A stretch of DNA of 31,768 nucleotides from a virus: IMG/VR virus record IMGVR_UViG_3300002220_000467. The stretch is one strand, 5' to 3'. A program made the position numbers and the translations under genes. The notes below the pieces were generated by a model that was given only the letters and a program-made list of their open reading frames with translations, was not told the DNA's origin and made no database searches. The first letter of the stretch is position 1. Every line of letters begins with the position of its first letter. Below, in pieces: positions 15,927 to 23,916 of this stretch.

Positions 15927-16286
15927 ATGGTAGATGAGAGAATCAACACGGATGTGAAATTTGTGTCCACCGTTATTGTCGGTGGATATGAATCGTTTGT
16001 TGAGAAGAACGCCAGGATGATGGGCTACCTCAAGGGCGAGATCGAGGAGCTTCAGACGATGATCAATAAGCTCCAGTCCACCGACATCCAGGCCGGATAC
16101 CTGCCAGACGACGACCACGATATCATCAAGTCCCTGGATGAAATCGTGGAGGAAGTCGATAAGAACCTGGCCGTCCTCGGAAGTGCCATAAAGGGCCTGA
16201 GCGACAGCGCAAAGGTCACGCTGGAAGTGGCTGGATACATGAGGTTATCCAAGGACCAGGCTGCCACCAAGACCTATCCGGAGTAA
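15927..16286 (+). CDS. Coiled-coil hypothetical protein
   Basis: 119 aa; AGGAGG RBS; heptad pattern. Confidence 0.65.
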   Translation: MVDERINTDVKFVSTVIVGGYESFVEKNARMMGYLKGEIEELQTMINKLQSTDIQAGYLPDDDHDIIKSLDEIVEEVDKNLAVLGSAIKGLSDSAKVTLEVAGYMRLSKDQAATKTYPE

Positions 16287-16426
16287 GCTACCCCTCCCCT
16301 GAAGGAGAGGGGCTTTCAGCAGCCCTGAGTAGATCTGTTTCAGAATCAGAGATCTACCCCGGACACTTTTTTATTATAGAAAAGCAGGCAGAAGACCCAT
16401 CTCCTTTAGGGGAGGGGATGAATGCC
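16283..16426 (-). mobile_element. Non-autonomous IS200/IS605-family remnant (PATE/MITE-like, about 144 bp, no tnpA/tnpB)
   Basis: On the minus strand it begins GGCATTCATCCCCTCCCCTAAAGGAGATGGG and ends AAGCCCCTCTCCTTCAGGGGAGGGGTAGCTTAC. Both are the imperfect subterminal hairpins characteristic of IS200/IS605 ends. Internal stem GTAGATCT/AGATCTAC (16329-16357). Boundary at the 16426 end is approximate. Confidence 0.7.
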
Positions 16427-16468
16427 CGCTACGGGATAGATGAGATCGATAATAAGAGGTGAAACGCA

Positions 16469-16666
16469 ATGAGTTTGAAAGGTTGGAGAACATACATCGC
16501 TGCAGCGCTGGTGTTCGTCACCGGCCTGTTAGAGTTCGTCGATGAGGTTGCAGCGGCTGATTATATAGGGGGGTATATCGGCCTGGAAGGATCTATCATC
16601 CTGATGGCATGCGGTGCCGTTTTCGGTATTCTCCGGAAGCTGACCGATACTCCGGCTAAGATATGA
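16469..16666 (+). CDS. Holin-like small membrane protein
   Basis: 65 aa; LKGWRTYI start, two hydrophobic helices, basic C-terminus; GAGGTGA RBS. Confidence 0.6.
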   Translation: MSLKGWRTYIAAALVFVTGLLEFVDEVAAADYIGGYIGLEGSIILMACGAVFGILRKLTDTPAKI

Positions 16667-16688
16667 GTCCATTCCAGGTGATCTGTCA

Positions 16689-16970
16689 GTGGATCTTCAT
16701 GCCAGGGTATGTGTGCTTGAATCCGATTCCAAGCGCCATGAAGAAGACATCAACCAACTTTACGGGAAGGTATCATCGCTGGAGGTTTGTGCCTCCAGCC
16801 TTCCCGATATCAAGGAATCGTTGAAAGGCATCCAGCAAGAGATCAAGACGCTCAGTGTATTTGTTCACAGTTCCAAAGGAAAAAGTATAGCATACCTTAC
16901 AGTTCGTGAGTGGGCAATCCTGGCTATAGCTGCAATAGGATTATTACTCAATAATATAATGTTTAAGTGA
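16689..16970 (+). CDS. XhlA-like coiled-coil + C-terminal TM protein
   Basis: RV..LE..coiled coil followed by WAILAIAAIGLLL TM segment; adjacent to the holin-like gene. Confidence 0.55.
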   Translation: MDLHARVCVLESDSKRHEEDINQLYGKVSSLEVCASSLPDIKESLKGIQQEIKTLSVFVHSSKGKSIAYLTVREWAILAIAAIGLLLNNIMFK

Positions 16971-16971
16971 T

Positions 16972-17292
16972 ATGACTTTGATCGATGACTTCAAGGACGA
17001 GATGGCCCAAACCGTGACCATCTATCCCTATCAATCCAATAATGGTTGGGGGGACCAATACGGGGATGGGACTTCTTATCCATGCGCTGTATGCCATCGC
17101 AAAATAGAAGTTAAGAGAAAGGGCGGCGATAGCTTCGTGTCTTCCATGCAGATACATCTCGATAAATCTGTTGTAGTATCTGCCAGGGATAAAGTGGTGT
17201 TCGATGGAGAAATCCTTGAGGTTCTGGACGTTAGCACGGAATACGATATAGAAGAGCCTTCAGAGATCTATGCCAGGGTGATTTATGCCTAA
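16972..17292 (+). CDS. Head-closure (stopper) protein
   Basis: QTVTIYP...WG.QYG..YPC..LD..VSARDKVVFDG..EV, SPP1 gp16-like pattern; 106 aa. Confidence 0.7.
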   Translation: MTLIDDFKDEMAQTVTIYPYQSNNGWGDQYGDGTSYPCAVCHRKIEVKRKGGDSFVSSMQIHLDKSVVVSARDKVVFDGEILEVLDVSTEYDIEEPSEIYARVIYA

Positions 17293-17626
17293 AGTGGTTT
17301 GGCGGGCGGATGCTATTCTCAGGCAGGTTGAGGAGAACGCCTTAAACGGAGCTGAAGAATGGGCGCGGGCTGACGTCCTGCCCCTATCCCAGGAGAATTG
17401 TCCGGTCGATACGGGGACTATGAGGGGGACTGGGTCAGTCGTCCGAGAAGGCAAGACTATAGAGATTGGATTCGGCGGACCGTCTGCGCCCTATACAGTC
17501 AGACAGCACGAAGATCTGACCCTGAATCACCCGACAGGCCAAGCAAAATGGCTTGAAAACGCTTTCAATTGGCAGTTGCCTATGCTGCCTGAAAGAGTGG
17601 GGGATCGTTTGAGGAAGGTTTTGTAA
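17285..17626 (+). CDS. HK97 gp10-like neck protein
   Basis: CPVDTGTMRGT, APYTVRQHE and KWLE motifs. Confidence 0.75.
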   Translation: MPKVVWRADAILRQVEENALNGAEEWARADVLPLSQENCPVDTGTMRGTGSVVREGKTIEIGFGGPSAPYTVRQHEDLTLNHPTGQAKWLENAFNWQLPMLPERVGDRLRKVL

Positions 17627-17994
17627 TGGCCGATATCGTCACCGAGATGATGAATTCGCTAGTATCCAATAAATTCGTTACGGCTTCGGGGATAGATCTC
17701 TTTGCCATGCACATCCGGCCCGAGCCTGACGCTCAGCTGATAGTGATCCCAGCAGGCGGGCGGCTTCCTATCCTATCGGTAGATAGTGCCACAGATCAGC
17801 CGGGGGTTCAGGTTTACGTGATAAACTCCGATCTTTCGGCTGCATGGTCGAAAGCCAACAATATCCATAACCATTACAATAATCTGAAAGGAGTAATCCG
17901 ACAGGCTATTTGGGCCGCCCGTTCTTCTCCTATCTATCTGGGGGAGCTGGATGATGGGCGACACAAGATAGTAGTCGAGTTTCAAGTAATTTAG
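17626..17994 (+). CDS. Tail terminator / tail completion protein
   Basis: 122 aa; QPGVQVYV..A.SKA..IH..P.YLG..D.GRH pattern; position before the tube genes. Confidence 0.7.
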   Translation: MADIVTEMMNSLVSNKFVTASGIDLFAMHIRPEPDAQLIVIPAGGRLPILSVDSATDQPGVQVYVINSDLSAAWSKANNIHNHYNNLKGVIRQAIWAARSSPIYLGELDDGRHKIVVEFQVI

Positions 17995-18044
17995 GGCGGG
18001 CAGACATTGACAGTCCTTGATGAGCGGATAGAAGATTAGTATCT

Positions 18045-18094
18045 ATACATTTTTATTAAATATTTTCTGATACTGCAACCTTTTACTCGGAGGT
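18045..18094 (+). promoter_or_regulatory. AT-rich TATA-like promoter and GGAGGT RBS for the tail operon
   Basis: TTTTTATTAAATA at about 18050-18062; GGAGGT at 18089-18094. Confidence 0.4.
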
Positions 18095-18099
18095 ATGAA

Positions 18100-18525
18100 A
18101 TGACTAACGCAATCAGCGGAATGAAAGGCACCCTCTGGATTTCAGAGACATCGGAGGGGAATTATGTAAAGCTGGCTGAACTTTCCGAACTGAGACTCAA
18201 ATTGTCCGGAGATCCTATTGATACATCTAATGTGGATGATGATGGATGGGGATCGGAGATAGCCGGGAAGCGCGGATGGGAAATTAGCGCCAAGAACAAC
18301 CTGATCATAACAGATCAAGCATACAGTATCATCATAGATGCCATAATCTCAGGCGATAGCATTTATGTCAAGGCCCTGTCCCAAGGCACTCCCACCACAA
18401 ACCCCAAGGGATTCCAAGGCAAAGCGACAGTGCAAAGCTCGGATCTGCTATTGGCCAGCACGACTTCGCAGCAGACGGCGGATTGGGTAATCAAGGGTAG
18501 CGGGGCTATGAGCAAAATAGACTGA
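18100..18525 (+). CDS. Tail tube protein 1 (minimal)
   Basis: 141 aa; IDTSNVDDDGWGSEIAGKRGWEIS and terminal IKGSGAM match siphovirus tube (TTP) motifs. Confidence 0.8.
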   Translation: MTNAISGMKGTLWISETSEGNYVKLAELSELRLKLSGDPIDTSNVDDDGWGSEIAGKRGWEISAKNNLIITDQAYSIIIDAIISGDSIYVKALSQGTPTTNPKGFQGKATVQSSDLLLASTTSQQTADWVIKGSGAMSKID

Positions 18526-18533
18526 GGTGAACC

Positions 18534-19454
18534 ATGACCAATGCGGTGAGCGGCCTTTCAGCTGCTCTTTTTCGTGATGAGACCGCGGACTATATCGTAA
18601 CTCCGGCGCTTGGTTCTGCCAGGGATATTTGTTTTGTGAGCAAGGGCGGAACCAAGGTTGAGATCGTGGTGGGCTCAACCACCGCTCCTCTCTCGCTAGA
18701 TGTATCAGGCACAAAACTAACCATCGCCAGTGCTAATGAAGATGGTGAACCAACGAGCACCGCGGTGGATATAGTCCTCGCTGTTAATGAACATCCACAG
18801 GCATCAGCTCTATTCACAGCCAGGTTGCCGCCGGGCTCTAAGGGAGACGGTATAACCGGAGCCCTGGCAGAAATGACCACTGCTGATGGCATAGCTTTCA
18901 CTAGCCTGACTCTGGACGACTTGGATGACCATCGGAAGTATCAAGCACCGATTGGCTTGCGCTATTGGGATGACACCAAGCCGCTGGTGGTGAAATCTGA
19001 TGGTATGGCCGTAACTTCAGGTTTTAAGGTGAGCTTCCTTCGGGGCATGGTGGTTTTTGACAGCTCGATGGAAGGACATACAATATCCGTCGCAGGAACC
19101 CGAAGAAGCGAGCTAGCTTTCCAGAAGATCCTCGGTGTCTTTGATGGCAAGCTGAGGATAATAGGTACGGATATTGATTCTAGCTCGGTGGATGATGACG
19201 GTTGGGGAAGCACAACCCAAGGCATCAGGCGTTTCGAAATAACTTCGGGATTCTATTACTATGACGGGAAACTTCCCATCGAAGCTCTGACCACGAAATA
19301 TATCTGGAAATTTTATGCTGTGCTATCCAACCAAACCCCGTTTGCTATTGGGAAGGGCATTGTGCAGAATATGGACAATCTGCTAGTCAGCATGACCGAC
19401 GTACAGAAAACTAGCATAACTGTGCGCGGTGTTGGCGAACTGTATATAGAGTGA
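18534..19454 (+). CDS. Tail tube protein 2 (paralog with inserted accessory domains)
   Basis: Same start MTNA(V)SG, motif IDSSSVDDDGWGS, terminal VRGVGEL; about 180-aa insertion. Confidence 0.7.
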   Translation: MTNAVSGLSAALFRDETADYIVTPALGSARDICFVSKGGTKVEIVVGSTTAPLSLDVSGTKLTIASANEDGEPTSTAVDIVLAVNEHPQASALFTARLPPGSKGDGITGALAEMTTADGIAFTSLTLDDLDDHRKYQAPIGLRYWDDTKPLVVKSDGMAVTSGFKVSFLRGMVVFDSSMEGHTISVAGTRRSELAFQKILGVFDGKLRIIGTDIDSSSVDDDGWGSTTQGIRRFEITSGFYYYDGKLPIEALTTKYIWKFYAVLSNQTPFAIGKGIVQNMDNLLVSMTDVQKTSITVRGVGELYIE

Positions 19455-19460
19455 TAACGC

Positions 19461-19970
19461 ATGGAAGATATTAATAATATTATGATAGGGGATAAGGAGA
19501 TAAAGTGGACCTTCGGAGCTATGCGAACCTTCGAAGCTCGGGCAAGATCTATACTGAAGAAGATGGATATTCGGCTTGATAATTATTCGACTGGTGCCAT
19601 TCTCACAAAGTACCTCAAAGTCTCCGAGATCCTTGAGGCTGCTGTGGCTGCTTCGACCGGCCTGAGCGGGGTGGAAGGCAAGAAAGGCGAACCGTCCGAA
19701 GCCAGCCAGGCTGTTGATCAATACCTCGATGAAGGAGGGGCACTGGAAGAACTCCAAAAGGCCGTATATATGGCTTATTTAGAGAAGAACGACCCTTCTT
19801 TTATCTCCATCTGGTTGGAAAACATCGCCCGGAACGAGGAAGCCATGAAGATCAACCAGATGAAGGAGGAGGCAAAGCTAGAAGTAGCCAGGCTGGAGCT
19901 GGAAGCAGATCAGCAGAAGATCAAGGAACTGAAGCTTTCTGGCAAACAGTCCATCGCATCGGGTACATAG
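19461..19970 (+). CDS. Tail assembly chaperone (gpG-like)
   Basis: Between tube and tape measure; IKWTFGAM..FE start typical of TACs. Confidence 0.75.
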   Translation: MEDINNIMIGDKEIKWTFGAMRTFEARARSILKKMDIRLDNYSTGAILTKYLKVSEILEAAVAASTGLSGVEGKKGEPSEASQAVDQYLDEGGALEELQKAVYMAYLEKNDPSFISIWLENIARNEEAMKINQMKEEAKLEVARLELEADQQKIKELKLSGKQSIASGT

Positions 19971-20221
19971 ATCTGGGGCTCCTCCCCGATCAACTCTATT
20001 CTCTTTCTGTTAATGAACTCATAGCACTTTATTCGCATCATATAGAACAAAGAGCATGGGAACGCGAGAAATCGGCGTTTACCGGCTATTGCGCTGGAGC
20101 GGCGATCGCTTTAGCTTTCAATGGAAACCTCGGAAAGTTCTCTGATTTCTTTAGCACATCCAAGCAAAATAACGACAGTCCCTCTGAGGACTATATCGAA
20201 CGTTACAATTCATGGAGCTGA
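19931..20221 (+). CDS. gpT-like -1-frame extension of the tail assembly chaperone (not in ORF track)
   Basis: The -1 frame is open 19733-20221 with no ATG. It reads EAFWQTVHRIGYIDLGLLPDQLYSLSVNELIALY...ERYNSWS*, matching the gpT LGL.P.Q.Y.L...EL pattern, and stops 3 nt before the TMP ATG. Start coordinate is nominal because the shift site is unknown. Confidence 0.7.
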   Translation, partial: EAFWQTVHRIGYIDLGLLPDQLYSLSVNELIALYSHHIEQRAWEREKSAFTGYCAGAAIALAFNGNLGKFSDFFSTSKQNNDSPSEDYIERYNSWS

Positions 20222-20224
20222 GAA

Positions 20225-22831
20225 ATGACTGTTGAAGTTGGACGAGTCACAGCCGTAATAGACGGCGATATATCAGCTCTGACTGCCGCATTGAACCGTG
20301 CTAAAACTCAGGCAACGGATGCCGTATCTGGAATTGAGAAGGGCATTAAAGGGCAAATCGGCTCCGGTGTATCCGGAGTGGTCGATTGGGCCGGGCTCGG
20401 GAAACAAACTGCCACTGACTATGTATCTGGCATAACTGCCGGTCTCGGGCCACTAGGGACCGCTCTGGAAGGGGCAGCAACCGCGTTGGGGCCTACGGGC
20501 ATGGTTGCTACTGCTGCCATAGCTGGCAGCGCTGTGATCGCCAAAGCTGCCTGGGATGCTTCCTCAGCCTGGGAAGCAGGGATGGCCCAAATCAGCAAAA
20601 CCACCGGGATTGAAAAGGGCACAAGCGATTTCTCACAACTCAATGCAGAGCTTAAGGATCTCTATTCCACGATGCCAACGACGGCATCGGAGATCCAAAA
20701 TGTAGCCAAAGCAGCGGGCAGCCTGGGTATAGAAAAAGACTCCATCGCCGGGTTCACCCAGGTTGCTTTGGAGATGGGCTCAGCTTTCGATATTCCTGCA
20801 GAAGAAGCTGCGGTTGCTGTCGGAAAAGTCCAGGGACAGCTTAAAAGCCTGGATGGTTTGGATTCGGCTCAGTTCGCCCGAAATTTCGGCTCTGCTGTCG
20901 ATTATATAGGCAACAATTTTAACGCCACAGAAAAGGACGTTCTGGACTTCTCAACCCGAGTGTCCGGTTCTCTTTCAGCCCTGGGAAGTTCTGCCTATGA
21001 GATCGCTGGATGGGGTGGAATGCTCTCCAGCGTGTTCCCATCAGCAGAACGAGCCGCTGGAAGCTTTGACGCTCTTCTGAACCAGCTCACTACCAACACC
21101 GAAAGCCAGGCCATAGCCGCTGAACTCCTCAGTACTAATACCGAGGATTTCATGCGGGCTATGACTACCGATCCCACCGATACTCTGCTCAGGATAGGCT
21201 CCGCACTGGAAGCCCTGCCATCAGAAAAGCTGATGGAAACGACCAAAACCTTGGGCGGAACGTATGGCATGGACACGCTCACCAAAATGGTAGGCCATAC
21301 GGAGGAGTGGAGAGAAGCCATCGAGGGCGCGGTCGAAGCGGGCGAAAAGGGCACATCTATCGGTGAATCCTTCGCCGCTGGATCGGATAATGCCAAAGCC
21401 GCCATCCAAGAGCTGAAAAACTCCGTCGAGACCATCCTGATTGACATAGGCGAACCGGCTCTGGATGCCTTTACGCCCGTTATCCAAGGGCTTGCCGACG
21501 GTCTGAATGACATTAGAACCATAGGTGAGAACCTATGGGAACCGCTCACAACAGTTCTCACTCCGATGACCACCTCGGTCTCATTGATCGCAGATGGCAT
21601 AGGAACAATGGCCGGCATCCAACTGGATGGCCTGGTCCTGGCATCACAATCAATTAATTCTGCCTTTGAGACTGGTTCGGCCTATGTGGAAGCTTTCCGG
21701 GAAGAGTTCGGTGAGATTGTTACAAACACCACCGCCTTCAAGACTGTAAGCGACCGTGTGGATGGAATCACATTGGCCGTCTCCGACCTGAAGGACGAGG
21801 CTTTGGAAGTATTCGATACGGTGGTGGCCGGTTTCGCCGAAGCTATTCCCACGGCCATATCAGGTACAGCCAGCGCCATAGGCGGATTGCTGGATGAAGC
21901 TGGTCTAGGCGGGGTGACCGATGCCGTGGGCGGTATTGTCAGCTTCTTCCAGGAGGTTGATAAAAACGCGGCTGAAAAGCTCGGGAAAGATGCCGGTAAG
22001 AAGATCGCAGACGGGATCAAGGATTCTGATCTTCCCAGGGCACCGGGCGAAGCCTTGAGCAGCCAGGAAGCCAGAGCGGCGGTCGAAGAAGCGGCTAGGG
22101 ATTTGGGTGATATAGTCTCCGATCCTATTTACTGGAAAGACCTACCCATATCACAGTCAATAGATGCGATCACAGGCAGGGTCTATGACCAGCGGGGGGC
22201 AAAATGGAAGGGCAGCCGCGGTGAGATTGTTGGCACCGTGAGCGTCGGTGGCGTGGGAATAGCTGCCGAAATGGAAGTGACAAACAAATCCTCCGATGTC
22301 GTACTAAAAACCGAGAGCGGTCAGGAGATAGATCGTCGGGGCATATACGGCGGTGAGTTTAACGGCGATCCACAGGCCGCGATCATGGACATGGTTCGGG
22401 CACATCCGGAAGTTTTCGGTGGACTCACTGAATTAGAGCAGGCTGAGTTTGCAGGGGATGTGGTAAAGGCAGAATCTCTGAAGATCCAAGCCGGTGTGGT
22501 GGATGTCGGAATAACCACCGAAGCCAGGTTGAAAGAGCTTTCATCACTGGACCTGGATACTCTCCGGGCCAATATCACTGAGATAGAAGCCGAAATAGCA
22601 GGGTTAGCAGAGGGTCTGAAAGAGATCGATTCGACCTTTGAGGAGATGTCTATTGAGCCAGTCAATATGACAGTAGCTCTCCAGACAGACCAGGCCCGAG
22701 CCGATTGGGATCTTTTAGTGAGAGATATCGAGGGACTGGTCGTGAGGATGCCCGTCGTATTGGATGTCCAAGTTTATGCCGATGACATCAGAGCGATTAT
22801 CGCAGACGAATTGAGGGCGATGGTGGCATGA
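20225..22831 (+). CDS. Tape measure protein
   Basis: 868 aa, Ala/Gly-rich helical; TP901-type core (AQISKTTG, EIQNVAKAAGSLGI, MGSAFDIPAEEAA). About 125-130 nm tail by the ~0.15 nm/residue rule. Confidence 0.9.
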   Translation: MTVEVGRVTAVIDGDISALTAALNRAKTQATDAVSGIEKGIKGQIGSGVSGVVDWAGLGKQTATDYVSGITAGLGPLGTALEGAATALGPTGMVATAAIAGSAVIAKAAWDASSAWEAGMAQISKTTGIEKGTSDFSQLNAELKDLYSTMPTTASEIQNVAKAAGSLGIEKDSIAGFTQVALEMGSAFDIPAEEAAVAVGKVQGQLKSLDGLDSAQFARNFGSAVDYIGNNFNATEKDVLDFSTRVSGSLSALGSSAYEIAGWGGMLSSVFPSAERAAGSFDALLNQLTTNTESQAIAAELLSTNTEDFMRAMTTDPTDTLLRIGSALEALPSEKLMETTKTLGGTYGMDTLTKMVGHTEEWREAIEGAVEAGEKGTSIGESFAAGSDNAKAAIQELKNSVETILIDIGEPALDAFTPVIQGLADGLNDIRTIGENLWEPLTTVLTPMTTSVSLIADGIGTMAGIQLDGLVLASQSINSAFETGSAYVEAFREEFGEIVTNTTAFKTVSDRVDGITLAVSDLKDEALEVFDTVVAGFAEAIPTAISGTASAIGGLLDEAGLGGVTDAVGGIVSFFQEVDKNAAEKLGKDAGKKIADGIKDSDLPRAPGEALSSQEARAAVEEAARDLGDIVSDPIYWKDLPISQSIDAITGRVYDQRGAKWKGSRGEIVGTVSVGGVGIAAEMEVTNKSSDVVLKTESGQEIDRRGIYGGEFNGDPQAAIMDMVRAHPEVFGGLTELEQAEFAGDVVKAESLKIQAGVVDVGITTEARLKELSSLDLDTLRANITEIEAEIAGLAEGLKEIDSTFEEMSIEPVNMTVALQTDQARADWDLLVRDIEGLVVRMPVVLDVQVYADDIRAIIADELRAMVA

Positions 22832-23286
22832 TTCATGATTGGGATTCTCATTACTGGATGGCAAAACTGCCATCCGGTAAATGGATCAGCGCTGCTAACC
22901 ACAGCAGCTTTGAACCGATTTTCCAGACTGCTACCAAGATCAGGATAGAACCTCTATCTTCTCTATCTGCTCAGGCGGTGCTTGAAGCAGAAGTTCCAGA
23001 CGGTTATACTGCATTTCTCCGCACAGATCGAGTCGAAATAGTGATGAAAGGCCCAGATGCGGATAATACGCCTAAACTGATCTATGTGATGGCATTAGAA
23101 CGAGGATATTGGCCCGATCCTGGCAGAGTGGCACTTTCAACCGTGCCCTTGCGGGATGGCTTCCGGGCTGAACTTCAGATCTTTCCAGACGGTCATGGAG
23201 AAGTGGATTTCAGTTCTTCTGGTTATTTTATTAGCGAGGTAAAGAACACGATCAAATACGATTTATATAGATTTATAAAGGTGTGA
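22828..23286 (+). CDS. Hypothetical protein
   Basis: 152 aa; ATGA overlap with TMP. Confidence 0.65.
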   Translation: MIHDWDSHYWMAKLPSGKWISAANHSSFEPIFQTATKIRIEPLSSLSAQAVLEAEVPDGYTAFLRTDRVEIVMKGPDADNTPKLIYVMALERGYWPDPGRVALSTVPLRDGFRAELQIFPDGHGEVDFSSSGYFISEVKNTIKYDLYRFIKV

Positions 23287-23288
23287 AA

Positions 23289-23897
23289 ATGTCAGTTCAT
23301 ATCAGGCGATACTATGGTTCCGGGCCGTCCGAGGTCGATATCTCAGGCGGGGCGAATCCAATAGGATTGAAACTGAAAACATATGACGGGGACTCGACTG
23401 AGACCTATCTGTTCAATGCCACGCATCCAGTGCCAAAACCTACGATTGGCAATAAACACAGCTTTACGGCCACAATAGCGCTCTATAGCGATGTGTTAGG
23501 CAGCGAAATATACAGCGATCCCAAAATCTATTCTGGTGGTGTTCCGTCCGTACCTGAACCTAATCCTCAAGGCTATGTTCCATGGACCGGGGCTCAGATA
23601 TTCATTGCTGACGATACCGATGATACATATGTGCGGGCAACGGGCGTGACCGATGACAGCGGAACTGAGATGGTCGCTCAGGGATTGACTTCATCCAAGA
23701 CCGATCTTCTGGCCACCTACAACGCTGCGAATATGAAAAACATTGGCCTGGTTGGTGGAGCGAGTTCTATTGGCCCACTGTCATCCGCACAAAGAATATC
23801 CAAATTCGTGCGGCTCCAGGGCACCCTGGGGACTAATTGTTCAGCAGGTTCCACCGTGCCCGCTACAATCTACATGAGGTATTCTGTCACTAGCTAA
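23289..23897 (+). CDS. Putative virion structural protein
   Basis: Beta-rich Gly/Thr/Ser protein in the tail module; ATG at 23289 preferred over GTG at 23283. Confidence 0.55.
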   Translation: MSVHIRRYYGSGPSEVDISGGANPIGLKLKTYDGDSTETYLFNATHPVPKPTIGNKHSFTATIALYSDVLGSEIYSDPKIYSGGVPSVPEPNPQGYVPWTGAQIFIADDTDDTYVRATGVTDDSGTEMVAQGLTSSKTDLLATYNAANMKNIGLVGGASSIGPLSSAQRISKFVRLQGTLGTNCSAGSTVPATIYMRYSVTS

Positions 23898-23916
23898 GGA
23901 AACTAGCTGAGGAACC

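Noticed and set aside
18007-18012. TTGACA, a bacterial -35 consensus
   Set aside because: No matching -10 box at 16-18 bp spacing. Conversely, the TATAAT at 3601 lacks a -35.
19968-20024. TAG readthrough (pyrrolysine or suppression) of the chaperone gene
   Set aside because: The zero frame closes again after 17 codons with an unremarkable sequence; the -1 frame carries the gpT-like motif.
23890-23914. Short imperfect tandem repeat CTAGCT(A/G)AGGAA
   Set aside because: Only two copies of 12 bp at a stop/RBS junction; probably a trivial local duplication.
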